Source: an uncultured Candidatus Saccharibacteria bacterium (GTDB lineage Bacteria > Patescibacteriota > Minisyncoccia > UBA6257 > 1-14-0-10-40-38). Taken from it: a stretch of 64,000 nucleotides of DNA. Both the position numbers and the translations under genes were made by a program. The stretch is taken from assembly GCA_964543265.1 (NCBI GenBank), contig CAZIWN010000002.1, positions 29,554 to 93,553 on the forward strand. The letters are read 5' to 3'. The notes under the pieces are model-generated. The model saw only the letters and a list, made by a program, of their open reading frames with translations. It had not been told where the DNA came from and searched no databases. This document shows positions 20,199 to 30,699 of this stretch, one piece after another (position 1 is the first letter of the stretch; each line of letters opens with the position of its first letter).

Positions 20199-20207
20199 TT
20201 AAAACAA

Positions 20208-20783
20208 ATGTCATATAATCCAAAAAAATACGAATCACTTTTAGGACTTCAGGGATTCAGCGATGCCCTATTGAAAAATCACTTCACTCTTTATGAAGGT
20301 TACGTAAAAAACGTTAATTTAATAATGAAAGAGTTAGAAGCCATGGTTAAAGAAAATAAAACGGGAACTCCAGCGCATTCTGAAATACAGCGCCGTTTTG
20401 GTTGGGAATGGAACGGTATGCGACTTCACGAACTCTATTTTGAAAACATGACCAAATCCCCATCCCCTCTTGGCGCTGGGCAATTAAAAAATTTGATAGA
20501 AAAAATTTATGGCAAATTAGAAAATTGGGAGAAAGATTTCAGAGCCTTAGCCTCAATGAGAGGAATTGGTTGGGTTATTCTTTATCATGACCCATCTGAT
20601 AATCAACTTTTTAATGTTTGGGTTAATGAACATGACATGGGTCACCTTGCAGGACTAAAACCATTATTAGTTTTGGATGTTTTTGAACATGCCTACACTC
20701 TAGACTATGGCATCAAGAAAGCTGATTATCTTGAAACTTTTATGAAATCCATTGATTGGAATGCTGTAGAAAAAAGAATTTAA
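20208..20783 (+). CDS. Fe/Mn superoxide dismutase
   Basis: NHFTLYEGYV, NGMRLHELYF, GIGW, LDVFEHAY metal-ligand motif; metal preference cannot be assigned. Confidence 0.92.
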   Translation: MSYNPKKYESLLGLQGFSDALLKNHFTLYEGYVKNVNLIMKELEAMVKENKTGTPAHSEIQRRFGWEWNGMRLHELYFENMTKSPSPLGAGQLKNLIEKIYGKLENWEKDFRALASMRGIGWVILYHDPSDNQLFNVWVNEHDMGHLAGLKPLLVLDVFEHAYTLDYGIKKADYLETFMKSIDWNAVEKRI

Positions 20784-20822
20784 ATAAAAATCCCCTGGCG
20801 AAAACCAAGGGGTTTTTTATTT
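20784..20822. terminator. bidirectional terminator between convergent sod and PAP2 genes
   Basis: AAAAATCCCCTGG-CGAAAA-CCAAGGGGTTTTTT. Confidence 0.7.
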
Positions 20823-21395
20823 TTCAAGAACAACCTGACCAGAAAAACTATCCCTAAGTCTAGATTCTTTTATTTGCTTTCTAAATACAAGCCAGGAAAT
20901 AAGATATGCTATAGCTCCAAAAGCAAATCCAGCAATAATATCTGATAAGAAATGAACGCCAACAAAAATTCTCGCCAAGCCAATCAAAATTGCCGAAAAT
21001 ATATATATCCACCCTCTTTTCTTAGAAAAATGAAATACGGAGAGTGCTAAGGCAAAATAAAAAGTTGCATGTCCTGATGGAAAACTAGAAAGATCTGATA
21101 ATTTTATTAAAGGATCAAAACCAAAAACCAACGGAGGTCTTAGTCTAAAATAAAAAAGGTTAAATAATTCAGTAATAAATCCCCTAGCTATAACACAAGA
21201 AAAAGCAGCCACAGCAAACTCAAAAAAATTAAGTTTCCAATTTCTTTTCGAAAAGAATATAAATGTAAAAAAATAGACTAACAAAAAATATGGTAGATAT
21301 TGAGCAATAAAAACTCCTAAAAAATCTAACACCACACTCTTCCCAGCGAAATCATGAATAAACTCAAATATCTTATAATCGTAAGTTAAGAACAT
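20817..21395 (-). CDS. PAP2-family phosphatase (BcrC-like undecaprenyl-pyrophosphate phosphatase)
   Basis: RLRP, SFPSGHA, ARIFVGVHFLSDI motifs; multiple TMs. Confidence 0.88.
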   Translation of the reverse strand: MFLTYDYKIFEFIHDFAGKSVVLDFLGVFIAQYLPYFLLVYFFTFIFFSKRNWKLNFFEFAVAAFSCVIARGFITELFNLFYFRLRPPLVFGFDPLIKLSDLSSFPSGHATFYFALALSVFHFSKKRGWIYIFSAILIGLARIFVGVHFLSDIIAGFAFGAIAYLISWLVFRKQIKESRLRDSFSGQVVLEK

Positions 21396-21430
21396 ATAAA
21401 AAGTATATCCAAAACAACCTCTTTAATCAA

Positions 21431-21460
21431 AAAAATAGAGGATTTAATCCTCTATTTTTA
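21431..21460 (-). terminator. terminator after rpsR
   Basis: AAAAAATAGAGGA-TTTAA-TCCTCTATTTTT. Confidence 0.7.
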
Positions 21461-21464
21461 ATCT

Positions 21465-21665
21465 TTATCTTCTAACAAATGGAATTAATCCCAAAAACCT
21501 AGATCTCTTTATGGCCGTTGCTAAAGCTCTTTGATGCTTTGCGCAGGTTCCAGTAAATTTAGGTTTTACTATTTTGGCTTGAGAAGAAATAAATCTCCTC
21601 AACAATTCAGCATCCTTATAGTCAATTTCTCTCAAATTCTGGGAACAAAAATAGCACTGTGTCAT
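21465..21665 (-). CDS. rpsR: 30S ribosomal protein S18 (Zn-binding form)
   Basis: CYFC, IDYKD..LL..FIS, TGTCAKHQR.LA.AIKRSR.LGL.P. Confidence 0.97.
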   Translation of the reverse strand: MTQCYFCSQNLREIDYKDAELLRRFISSQAKIVKPKFTGTCAKHQRALATAIKRSRFLGLIPFVRR

Positions 21666-21669
21666 ATTT

Positions 21670-22128
21670 TTAAAATGGCAAATCTTCTGCCTTAATTTCT
21701 TCTTCGACCTCTATTGTTGGAATTTCTTCCTTTGCAGAATCAGCTCCTCTGCTGAACTCAAAGTTTTCCGATTTTCCAGAAGCTCCTCCCTGATTACCCA
21801 TAGATCTTGGTCCTAACTGAATAGCTTCAGCTATTATTTCTGTTGTTTTTCTTTTCTGACCCTGCTTATCCTCCCACGCACGAGTCTGCAGTCTTCCCTC
21901 TATTAAAGCCAAACTACCTTTAGCTAAAAATTTAGAAGCCACCTCTGCTTGCCTACCCCAAACTATCACATTATGAAATTCAACTTGTTCTTGTTTGGCT
22001 CCAGCTTTATCCTTCCAAACCCTATTTGTTGCCAATGAAAAACTGGCCACCTGTGCACCCGACGTTGTAGATCTAAGCTGTGGATCTGAAGTTAACCTTC
22101 CCAAAACAAAAACCTTATTAAGATTCAT
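21670..22128 (-). CDS. ssb: single-stranded DNA-binding protein
   Basis: NLNKV..LGRLT.DP, EGRLQTR.W, C-terminal EDLPF. Confidence 0.97.
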   Translation of the reverse strand: MNLNKVFVLGRLTSDPQLRSTTSGAQVASFSLATNRVWKDKAGAKQEQVEFHNVIVWGRQAEVASKFLAKGSLALIEGRLQTRAWEDKQGQKRKTTEIIAEAIQLGPRSMGNQGGASGKSENFEFSRGADSAKEEIPTIEVEEEIKAEDLPF

Positions 22129-22135
22129 CTGATGA

Positions 22136-22555
22136 TTAATTTAAAATTTCCTTTATTTTTTCTTCAATAACCTCATTGGAAGAAGTATTGGCACCCTCCT
22201 TATCTTTACTCAAAAACCTCTCTTGCCTTGTCTTAATTTCAATTGGAGGAGTAACCACTAATGATCTTAATATGTTCGTATTGAACTTAAGAGCTTCATT
22301 TATCTTAATAATCATCTCTGGTTTTCCAACAAAATAAACAAATCCAAAACTAGCAGAATTCTTTTTATTAATTGGATAAGCAAGTCTGATAACATTCACC
22401 GGACTTTCAAAATAGACACTAGCTCCAAAAGACGAAAGTATCTGCTTAACATCACTTAATCCGTTTTCGTTAACAGAAATGAAACTAAGCTCATATTTCT
22501 TATGCCCTTCTTCAACCTCTGGAACGTTTAATTTGTTTAATACTGTTTCACTCAT
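22136..22555 (-). CDS. rpsF: 30S ribosomal protein S6
   Basis: KKYEL.FI, RLAYPINK, ILRSL; rpsF-ssb-rpsR order. Confidence 0.9.
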   Translation of the reverse strand: MSETVLNKLNVPEVEEGHKKYELSFISVNENGLSDVKQILSSFGASVYFESPVNVIRLAYPINKKNSASFGFVYFVGKPEMIIKINEALKFNTNILRSLVVTPPIEIKTRQERFLSKDKEGANTSSNEVIEEKIKEILN

Positions 22556-22563
22556 TTGTTTAA

Positions 22564-22592
22564 AAACTAATTTAAAATCGCAATTTTGTCAA
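22564..22592 (-). promoter_or_regulatory. promoter of rpsF-ssb-rpsR
   Basis: TTGACA (22592-87), 17 nt spacer, TAGTTT (22569-64), 8 nt before ATG. Confidence 0.6.
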
Positions 22593-22598
22593 TAATAA

Positions 22599-25500
22599 CT
22601 AGGAAATTGACTCTTCCTTTTGCCCGACCATTCCATCCAATTCTAAGGCCTCCAAGCCATCAGAATCTCTTTCTCTGTAGCCAGTTCCTGCAGGAATAAG
22701 TCTTCCTATAATGACGTTTTCCTTCAATCCACGCAAAGTATCGTGTCTTCCCTCTAGGGCAGCGCCAGTTAAAGCCTTAACCGTCTCCTGGAAAGAAGCT
22801 GCTGAAAGGAAACTTTGAGCAGAAGAAGCAACCTTAGTTACACCCATCAAAAGCTGCTTAGCTTTAGCTGGAACCTTGCCGTCTCTTCTTAATTTTCTAT
22901 TATTTTCTAAGAAGATTGCCTTCTCCACCATCTCACCGGAAACAAATGCGCTATCTCCCGGATCAGAAACCCTAACCCTAGAAAACATCTGCCTAGCTAT
23001 AACTTCAAGGTGCTTATTGCTAATTTGAGCTCCTTCGTTCATGTAAATCTTTTGGACTTCTGAGATAATATATTTTTCCGCCTCTCTTACTCCCTTAATC
23101 TTAAATATTTCCCTTAGATCTAATGAACCTTCAGAAATATAATCCCCCTTTCTTACAGCATCACCAACCTTAAATAAGGTCTGAGAAATTCTAGGTATTG
23201 GATATTCGACAACCTTCTCATCGTTCTTATCTCCAGTCTTTATTTTAATTATTTTCAAAGAGCCCCTCTCTTCAATATCAATAACATTACCATCCTCTTC
23301 AGCTATGAAGCCCTTTCCTTTTGGAGTTCTAGCTTCAAATATTTCTTCTACTCTAGGAAGACCGTGAGTAATATCTGCTCCGGCAACTCCTCCGATATGG
23401 AAAGTTCTCATTGTAAGCTGTGTTCCTGGTTCTCCAATTGATTGAGCAGCAACTATTCCAACCGCCTCTCCAAGTTTAATTGGCTTATTAGTTCCCAAAT
23501 CAAATCCATAACACTTCTGGCAAACTCCATACAAAGTCTTACAAGTTAATGGAGATCTTATAAATACAGAATCTAAACCAGAAGCATCTATTTCTTCTGC
23601 GGTTTTTTCAGTAATATATTCTCCTCCCTCAACTAAAACTTTATTTCCAGATTTAATATCTTCAAGAGCAACCCTAGAAACCAACCTTGATATAAAAGAT
23701 TGCCCGAATTTAAGACCTTCTGATCTAACCACTTCAATTCCGTCCTTAACTCCACAGTCCTCATCTCTAACTATAATATCCTGAGCTACATCAACCAATC
23801 TTCTCGTTAGATATCCTGCCTGAGCCGTTTTTAAAGCAGTATCAGCCAATCCTTTTCTGGCTCCGTGAGTCGCAATAAAATATTCCAAAACATTGAATCC
23901 TTCCTTATATGAAGATCTAATAGGAAGCTCTATGGTTTCATTCTTTGGGTTGGCAACCAAACCTTTCATACCCATCATCTGAGATGGCTGAGCCCAAGAA
24001 CCTCTAGCTCCAGAATCAATAATCATAAAGACCGATCCGTTCTGATCTAATGATTTAGGTATTAATTTCTTTAAAGCGTCTGTGGTCTTTTTCCAAATTT
24101 CTATAGTCCTCTCTTTTCTTTCACTATCAGTTAAAACTCCTTCCAAATAATAACCCCTAACGACAGCCTCCTCTTTTTCTGCTTGTTTCAAAATTTCTGG
24201 CTTTTCTTTTGGAACTATAAGCTCGTTCATTCCCCAAGTTATTCCAGAGATTGTCGCATATTTAAATCCAACATCTTTTATATCATCCAAATGTTTGGCG
24301 GCAATAAGAGGTTCATAACTATTAACTAATTCTGAGCAAATTTTTTCTAACTCTTTCTTGTTAACTAGATAATTTATATATCTGAATCCTTCTGGTAAGG
24401 CAGAATTGAATATCAATCTTCCTAAAGTTGTTTCTAGCTTGCTTCCTTTCAAATAAACTTTAATTTTTGCGTTTATATCTAAGAAACCAGCATCATAAGC
24501 AAGCATAGCTTCCTTATCGGAACTAAATATTTTCCCCTCTCCCACAACCCCAGCCTTCTCCTTTGTTAAGTAATAAGAACCCAAAACAACGTCTTTAGTA
24601 GGAGTCGCAATAGATTGTCCCGTGGCTGGTTTTAATAAATTTAAAGAGGATAACATGAGCTCTCTAGCTTCTTTTTGAGCTTTAGAACTTAATGGAACGT
24701 GAACAGCCATCTGATCTCCATCGAAGTCTGCGTTAAAAGCAGTACAGACTAATGGAGGAATCTGAATAGCCAAACCCTCAACCAAGATTGGTTTAAATGC
24801 CTGGACTCCAAGTCTATGTAAAGTTGGAGCTCTGTTTAAAAGAACCTTTTTATCTTGAATAACTTCTTCTAAGATAGCCCAAATTTCAGGAGTTGCCTGC
24901 TCTATTAATCTATTAGAATTCCTAATATTGTGAGCTAATCCTCTTTCGATAACTTTTTGAATTACAAATGGCTTGAAAAGTTCCAATGCCATCTTCTTAG
25001 GCAAACCACACTCTCCAAGTCTCAAATTTGGACCGACTACAATAACGGAACGACCAGAATAGTCCACTCTTTTTCCTAGTAAGTTTTGCCTAAATCTTCC
25101 CTGCTTTCCCTTCAACATGTCTGCCAATGACCTAAGAGGTCTGCGAAGTGTAGACATCTGCTGGCTTCCCATTTTTTGAGAATTATCAATCAAAGAGTCC
25201 ACTGCCTCCTGCAACATTCTTTTTTCATTAACCACGATAACATCAGGAGCTTTAAGCTCTATCAACTTCTTTAAACGATTATTTCTATTAATAACTCTTC
25301 TATATAAATCATTTAAGTCAGATGTAGCATATCGTCCTCCATCCAACGCAACCATTGGTCTTAAATCTGGTGGCAAAACAGGAAGAACATTCATAATCAT
25401 CCACTCAGGTCTTATATTGTTATTATAAAAAGATCTAGCAATTTTTAATCTCTTTAATAATTTAGCCTCTTTCAAAGGATCTTCAGTATCCTTAATTTCT

Positions 25501-26189
25501 TCCTCAATTTCCGCTATCAACTTCTTTAGGTCTGTTTTAACTAATATGTTTCTTACAGCCTCTGCTCCAGAAGAAGCCTCAAAAACTTCTCCAAATCTTT
25601 TAGCTAAAGAGAAATATTCCAATTCAGTTAATGTTTGTCCGATCTTTAAAGACTCTAAAGTCTTCTTAATCTTACTCATCGCACTCCTTAATTCATCTTC
25701 TTTCTCTTTATCGTCTAGAGACTTCTTTCTTGTTTTAAATTCCTTTTCTAATTCTCCCAAAACCCTCTTTCTAGCTTCCTCATTAACAGCAACAACTATA
25801 TAAATCGCATAGTAAATAACTTTTTCCAATTTAGCTGGAGGAATATTTAACAAGGTTCCTATTTTTGAAGGAACATTTTTAAAATACCAAATATGTGCAA
25901 TAGGAGCAGCAAGAGCAATGTGCCCCATTCTTTCGCGCCTAACGATAGATCTAGTTACCTCAACTCCGCATTTATCACAAACCAAGCCCTTATATCTGGC
26001 TCTTCTATACTTTCCACAATAACATTCCCAATCCTTAGCTGGTCCGAAAATTCTTTCAGAGAAAAGACCGTCTTTTTCGGGACGTTGAGTTCTATAATTA
26101 ATAGTTTCTGGTTTAATTACTTCCCCGTGAGACCACTTAAGTATTTCCTCAGGAGACGCCAACTTAATTTTTATTGCCTTTAAATTCAT
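22599..26189 (-). CDS. rpoC: RNA polymerase beta' subunit
   Basis: KPETINYRT, Zn finger CYCG..CDKC, NADFDGD catalytic motif, GEPGTQLTMRTFH. Confidence 0.99.
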   Translation of the reverse strand: MNLKAIKIKLASPEEILKWSHGEVIKPETINYRTQRPEKDGLFSERIFGPAKDWECYCGKYRRARYKGLVCDKCGVEVTRSIVRRERMGHIALAAPIAHIWYFKNVPSKIGTLLNIPPAKLEKVIYYAIYIVVAVNEEARKRVLGELEKEFKTRKKSLDDKEKEDELRSAMSKIKKTLESLKIGQTLTELEYFSLAKRFGEVFEASSGAEAVRNILVKTDLKKLIAEIEEEIKDTEDPLKEAKLLKRLKIARSFYNNNIRPEWMIMNVLPVLPPDLRPMVALDGGRYATSDLNDLYRRVINRNNRLKKLIELKAPDVIVVNEKRMLQEAVDSLIDNSQKMGSQQMSTLRRPLRSLADMLKGKQGRFRQNLLGKRVDYSGRSVIVVGPNLRLGECGLPKKMALELFKPFVIQKVIERGLAHNIRNSNRLIEQATPEIWAILEEVIQDKKVLLNRAPTLHRLGVQAFKPILVEGLAIQIPPLVCTAFNADFDGDQMAVHVPLSSKAQKEARELMLSSLNLLKPATGQSIATPTKDVVLGSYYLTKEKAGVVGEGKIFSSDKEAMLAYDAGFLDINAKIKVYLKGSKLETTLGRLIFNSALPEGFRYINYLVNKKELEKICSELVNSYEPLIAAKHLDDIKDVGFKYATISGITWGMNELIVPKEKPEILKQAEKEEAVVRGYYLEGVLTDSERKERTIEIWKKTTDALKKLIPKSLDQNGSVFMIIDSGARGSWAQPSQMMGMKGLVANPKNETIELPIRSSYKEGFNVLEYFIATHGARKGLADTALKTAQAGYLTRRLVDVAQDIIVRDEDCGVKDGIEVVRSEGLKFGQSFISRLVSRVALEDIKSGNKVLVEGGEYITEKTAEEIDASGLDSVFIRSPLTCKTLYGVCQKCYGFDLGTNKPIKLGEAVGIVAAQSIGEPGTQLTMRTFHIGGVAGADITHGLPRVEEIFEARTPKGKGFIAEEDGNVIDIEERGSLKIIKIKTGDKNDEKVVEYPIPRISQTLFKVGDAVRKGDYISEGSLDLREIFKIKGVREAEKYIISEVQKIYMNEGAQISNKHLEVIARQMFSRVRVSDPGDSAFVSGEMVEKAIFLENNRKLRRDGKVPAKAKQLLMGVTKVASSAQSFLSAASFQETVKALTGAALEGRHDTLRGLKENVIIGRLIPAGTGYRERDSDGLEALELDGMVGQKEESIS

Positions 26190-26206
26190 GTTTTTATATT
26201 TTATTT

Positions 26207-29200
26207 CTAGTCTTTTAATGGCATTTCAGAATTCTCGTCGACGCTTTTTATCAATTCAATGTCGAATGCTAAAGATTTTAACTCATTTACTAACACATTG
26301 AACGATGCTGGGATATTAGGAGTTTTTATTTCTTGTCCCCTTATTATAGATTCGTAAGCAGATGATCTTCCTAAAATATCGTCAGATTTTGTTGTGAGCA
26401 TTTCTTGCAGAATATTTGCCGCTCCATACCCTTCCAATGCCCAGACTTCCATTTCTCCAAATCTCTGACCTCCGAACTGGGCTTTTCCTCCCAATGGTTG
26501 TTGAGTTATTAAGGAGTATGGTCCGATTGACCTCATGTGGATCTTATCTTCAACTAAGTGGTTAAGTTTCAACATATAAATAACTCCAACAGTAACCGGT
26601 TGAGCAAATGGCATTCCAGTTCTTCCATCGAAAAGCACCGATTTTCCAGTATCAGAAAAACCAGCCTTTCTAAGTTCGGTTTTAATTTCTTCTTCCGTAG
26701 CTCCAGAAAGCGCTGGGGTTTCAGCTCTATATCCAAGTTTTTTAGCTGCCATTCCCAAATGAATCTCGAACATTTGTCCCAGGTTCATACGAGAAACTAT
26801 TCCTAATGGATTAAGGACTATGTCAACAGGAGTTCCATCTTCCAAATAAGGCATATCTTCAACTGGTCTTACCTGTGAAATAACACCCTTATTTCCATGT
26901 CTTCCAGACAACTTGTCTCCAGCTTGAACTTTTCTTAATTGAGCGATTTCAACTTGAATCCTCTTAATAATTCCGGGCTCCAACTTATCACTAAACTCCC
27001 TAGACTTAACTTTGATATTAACAATTCTTCCTGTTTTTCCGTGAGGCAAAACTAAAGAAGTATCCTTAACATCTCTAGCTTTTTCTCCGAAAATAGCTCT
27101 CAAAAGTCTTTCTTCGGAAGTTAATTCACTCTCTCCTTTTGGAGAAATTTTTCCAACTAAAATATCCCCAGCCTTAACCTCGGCTCCAATTCTTATAATT
27201 CCATCCTCGTCTAGATTCTTAAGTTTTTCCTCTGATACGTTTGGAATATCTGGAGTTGTCATTTCGGGTCCAAGCTTAGTGTCACGAACATCACATTCAT
27301 ATTCTTCTATGTGAATTGACGTAAATAAATCGCTCTCTACAACCCTCTCAGAAAGAACAATGGCATCTTCATGGTTTGCGCCCTCCCAAGACAAGAATGC
27401 AACGGTTAAATTCTGCCCCAAAGCCAAAGTGCCGTTTTCTATAGAAGGACCATCTGCCAAAACATCTCCCTTCTTAATCTTGTCACCCTTAGAGACAACT
27501 GGTTTCTGAGAAATACAGGTGAATTGGTTAGATCTCTTAAATTTAATCAAATCAAACTTCTTAATCTCAGATTTTGTTTTTAGCGTAATGTGAGCACTAT
27601 CAACGCTTTCAACAACTCCATCTTCCGGAGCAATCAAAAGATAACCAGAATCTCTAGCAACTTTTTTCTCCATTCCAGTTCCTACATAAGGAGCTCTTGC
27701 TTTAACAGAAACAACAGCCTGCCTTTGCATGTTAGAACCCATTCCTGCCCTATTAGCATCAGTGTGCTCCAAAAATGGAACCAATGACGTTCCAATACTG
27801 AAAGCTTGTCTTGGAGCAACGTCTATTAGTGTAATTTCATCCTTAGAACAAATACCTGGTTTTCCAAAAATTCTAGCTCCCACTATTTCATCAATAATTT
27901 TTCCGGTCTTATAATCAATATTAATTCCAGCATGAGCTATTTTTTCCTTCTCCTCTTCTAATGCATCTAACCAAACTATTTCATCTGTCATTTTTGCATT
28001 CTTAACAACCACATAAGGAGTTTCCAAGAAGCCGAATTCATTAATTTTTATAAAACTCGCAAAATAGTTAATCAAACCTATGCTTGATCCTTCAGGGGTT
28101 TGAATTGGACAAATTCTTCCATAATGAGATTGGTGAACGTCTCTTACTTCAAATCCGGCCCTATCCTTATTCAATCCTCCTCCAGGTCCTAGAGCTGAAA
28201 TTCTTCTCTTGTGCTCAACTTCAGATAATGGATTTACCTGATCCATAAACTGTGATAATTGAGATGAAGAGAAAAATTCTCTTATTACAGAAATTAGTGG
28301 CTTTGAATTAACTAATTGCAAAGGAGAGATGGTGTCATCGCTTATAGTGGACATCCTGTCTTGAATAATCCTTCTCATTCTAGCCAATCCTACTCTCATC
28401 TTTGATTGTATAAGCTCACCAACAGCTTTCACGCGCCTATTTCCAAGATGGTCTATATCATCTGGCTCTGAAGATTGATCGTTATTCAACTTAATTATCT
28501 CCCTTAAAATAGCTATTAAAATATTTGCATTCAAAAGTCTATCCGTCGCCTTCTCTTTAAGACCCAATCTGCTCATGGTCTTAAACCAACCGACATCAGA
28601 AAGATCATATCTATCGGTCCTGAAAAATATTGAGTCAATTAAACTCTTCATATTTTCAATAGTAGCCAAATCCCCCGGCCTAACCCTCTTATAAACCTCA
28701 ATATAAGACTCATCCAACGTCTTAGTTTCGCTCTTTTTTAAGGTAGTTTCGATATATTTAATTGGACCATTATCAACATCCTTCAAAAGAGTTGAAAAAT
28801 CATCTATTCCAAAAATGCGCAAAATATCAGTTGCAGCAACCTTTCTCTTTCTATCAATTTTAATTCCTATAAAACCATCTGAATCAGTTTCAAATTCAAT
28901 CCAAACTCCACGGCCTGGAATTATTTTTGCTCCAAACAACTTCTTCCCTCTCCAAAGATTGGCGGTGAAATACACTCCAGGAGATCTAATAAGCTGAGAA
29001 ATAACAACTCTTTCAACTCCATTAATAATAAAAGTTCCCCTGTCTGTCATAACAGGAAAATCTCCGAAATAAACCTCTTGAGTTTTTTCGTCGTTCAACT
29101 TTTTATTAATCAATTTAACCTTAACCCTTAAAGAAGCTTCGTAGGTTAAATCTTTTAGTCTTGATTGATTCTCGTCGTACTTAGGTTCATCAAAATAGTA

Positions 29201-29389
29201 ATCAACGAAATGAACCTCATACTCTTTTCCGGTATAGTCCTTAATAGGAGAAACTTCCTTGAATAATTCTTTTAATCCATCTTTCTTAAACCACTCATAA
29301 GAATTAATTTGGATTTCTGCTAAGTGATCTTGAGTTGCAAAAGATCCTGGATGAGCAGAAAAAACCTTTACAGGAAGCTGATTCTTCAT
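26207..29389 (-). CDS. rpoB: RNA polymerase beta subunit
   Basis: INGVERVVISQL.RSPG, SQLSQFMDQ, GSNMQRQA, GDKLSGRHGNKG, GGQRFGEME. Confidence 0.99.
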   Translation of the reverse strand: MKNQLPVKVFSAHPGSFATQDHLAEIQINSYEWFKKDGLKELFKEVSPIKDYTGKEYEVHFVDYYFDEPKYDENQSRLKDLTYEASLRVKVKLINKKLNDEKTQEVYFGDFPVMTDRGTFIINGVERVVISQLIRSPGVYFTANLWRGKKLFGAKIIPGRGVWIEFETDSDGFIGIKIDRKRKVAATDILRIFGIDDFSTLLKDVDNGPIKYIETTLKKSETKTLDESYIEVYKRVRPGDLATIENMKSLIDSIFFRTDRYDLSDVGWFKTMSRLGLKEKATDRLLNANILIAILREIIKLNNDQSSEPDDIDHLGNRRVKAVGELIQSKMRVGLARMRRIIQDRMSTISDDTISPLQLVNSKPLISVIREFFSSSQLSQFMDQVNPLSEVEHKRRISALGPGGGLNKDRAGFEVRDVHQSHYGRICPIQTPEGSSIGLINYFASFIKINEFGFLETPYVVVKNAKMTDEIVWLDALEEEKEKIAHAGINIDYKTGKIIDEIVGARIFGKPGICSKDEITLIDVAPRQAFSIGTSLVPFLEHTDANRAGMGSNMQRQAVVSVKARAPYVGTGMEKKVARDSGYLLIAPEDGVVESVDSAHITLKTKSEIKKFDLIKFKRSNQFTCISQKPVVSKGDKIKKGDVLADGPSIENGTLALGQNLTVAFLSWEGANHEDAIVLSERVVESDLFTSIHIEEYECDVRDTKLGPEMTTPDIPNVSEEKLKNLDEDGIIRIGAEVKAGDILVGKISPKGESELTSEERLLRAIFGEKARDVKDTSLVLPHGKTGRIVNIKVKSREFSDKLEPGIIKRIQVEIAQLRKVQAGDKLSGRHGNKGVISQVRPVEDMPYLEDGTPVDIVLNPLGIVSRMNLGQMFEIHLGMAAKKLGYRAETPALSGATEEEIKTELRKAGFSDTGKSVLFDGRTGMPFAQPVTVGVIYMLKLNHLVEDKIHMRSIGPYSLITQQPLGGKAQFGGQRFGEMEVWALEGYGAANILQEMLTTKSDDILGRSSAYESIIRGQEIKTPNIPASFNVLVNELKSLAFDIELIKSVDENSEMPLKD

Positions 29390-29545
29390 AAAATTTAAAT
29401 TAATTTATTTTAATAAAAACGAATCAAAACTAACTTCTGACTATGTATATTTATTTATATTAATAACCAAGAAGACAAAAAATCCCCGCGTCTGCGACGA
29501 TTTTCTTATTTTTTAAAATTTTTGCTTATTTAGACAAATCACAAT

Positions 29546-29574
29546 ATACTAACATGCCATTTTTTTAAATGCAA
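29546..29574 (-). promoter_or_regulatory. putative rpoBC promoter
   Basis: TTGCAT (29574-69), 17 nt spacer, TAGTAT (29551-46). Confidence 0.5.
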
Positions 29575-29614
29575 GTCCTCTTGACTAACAGGTCAAAATA
29601 AGCATATCAAGCAC

Positions 29615-30652
29615 CTACAATCCTAAGTGGGTAGATCTGTTTGCGGTATGCTCATCAAAGTCTACTGAAAATATTGTCTTCTTTGATTTTGGGTTAGATA
29701 AGTAATAAAAATAAGGTGATTTTTTAGGATTCAATGCGGCTAAAATCGCATCCTTTCCAGGATTTGATATTGGTCCAGCCGGCAAACCAGAAACAAAATA
29801 TGTATTATATTCAGATTTTAAAGAAAAGTCTGATTTCGATAAAGAACCACATTTATTTAAGTCACCACCAGCACCAAGTAGATCTAAACATTTTGCATAT
29901 ATAACACTAGCATCCACCTGTAGAGGCATTCCCAAAATATATCTTTTCCATAAAATACCAGAAACAATAAGTCTATCCGCCTGAAGTGGAACTTCTTTTT
30001 CTATAATCGAGGCCATCTTTAAAACATCATAAAAAGATGGAGTTATTCCGCTAAGATAACTTATTAATCTGCCATCCGCATCAAATAACGGTAATGCTTT
30101 CTCTTTAAAATTATTAAGGGCCAATTTAATAAAACTTTTTATATCTGATGTTTGAGCTATGTTGTAAGTATCTGGAAATATAAATCCTTCCAAATTAGAA
30201 ACTCCCTTTAAAAAATCAAACTCCTGGGCAAAATCAGATGCCCTATAATTCAACAGCTCTCCCCCATCAATCATACCTAGTTCCGTTAACTGATTTTCTA
30301 TAGAAAACAAATTTTTACCCTCTGTTATTAAAAATTTAAAGTCTTTTGGACCATCAACAAAATCAGAAACTATTTTAAAAACAGAATCATCATCTTTTAT
30401 TTGATAAAATCCCGGCTTCATCTTGTGGGCTCTTCCAGTTAAAATCGTCCAAACTTCAAAAGTTATTCTTGATCTTATACCGCCCATAGATTCCAATCTT
30501 TTTGATATCTCCGAAACGCCATCACCCCTCTCTATTTTAAAAGCATCTATATTGTTTCCAGCTGGTCTAGCTAAATAAAAAAAATATGCTAAAAATAATA
30601 AAAATATTATGCTAATTATTCCCCCCAAAAACACTTTTTTACTATGATTCAT
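29615..30652 (-). CDS. mltG: endolytic transglycosylase MltG (YceG family)
   Basis: N-terminal TM, LEGFIFPDTY, ASIIEKE, LQVDASV.Y, YNTY..GLP.GPISNPG. Confidence 0.95.
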   Translation of the reverse strand: MNHSKKVFLGGIISIIFLLFLAYFFYLARPAGNNIDAFKIERGDGVSEISKRLESMGGIRSRITFEVWTILTGRAHKMKPGFYQIKDDDSVFKIVSDFVDGPKDFKFLITEGKNLFSIENQLTELGMIDGGELLNYRASDFAQEFDFLKGVSNLEGFIFPDTYNIAQTSDIKSFIKLALNNFKEKALPLFDADGRLISYLSGITPSFYDVLKMASIIEKEVPLQADRLIVSGILWKRYILGMPLQVDASVIYAKCLDLLGAGGDLNKCGSLSKSDFSLKSEYNTYFVSGLPAGPISNPGKDAILAALNPKKSPYFYYLSNPKSKKTIFSVDFDEHTANRSTHLGL

Positions 30653-30699
30653 GATTTAACTCTTTATATCTTAAAATTTTTATTTCAGAAAATAGATAA

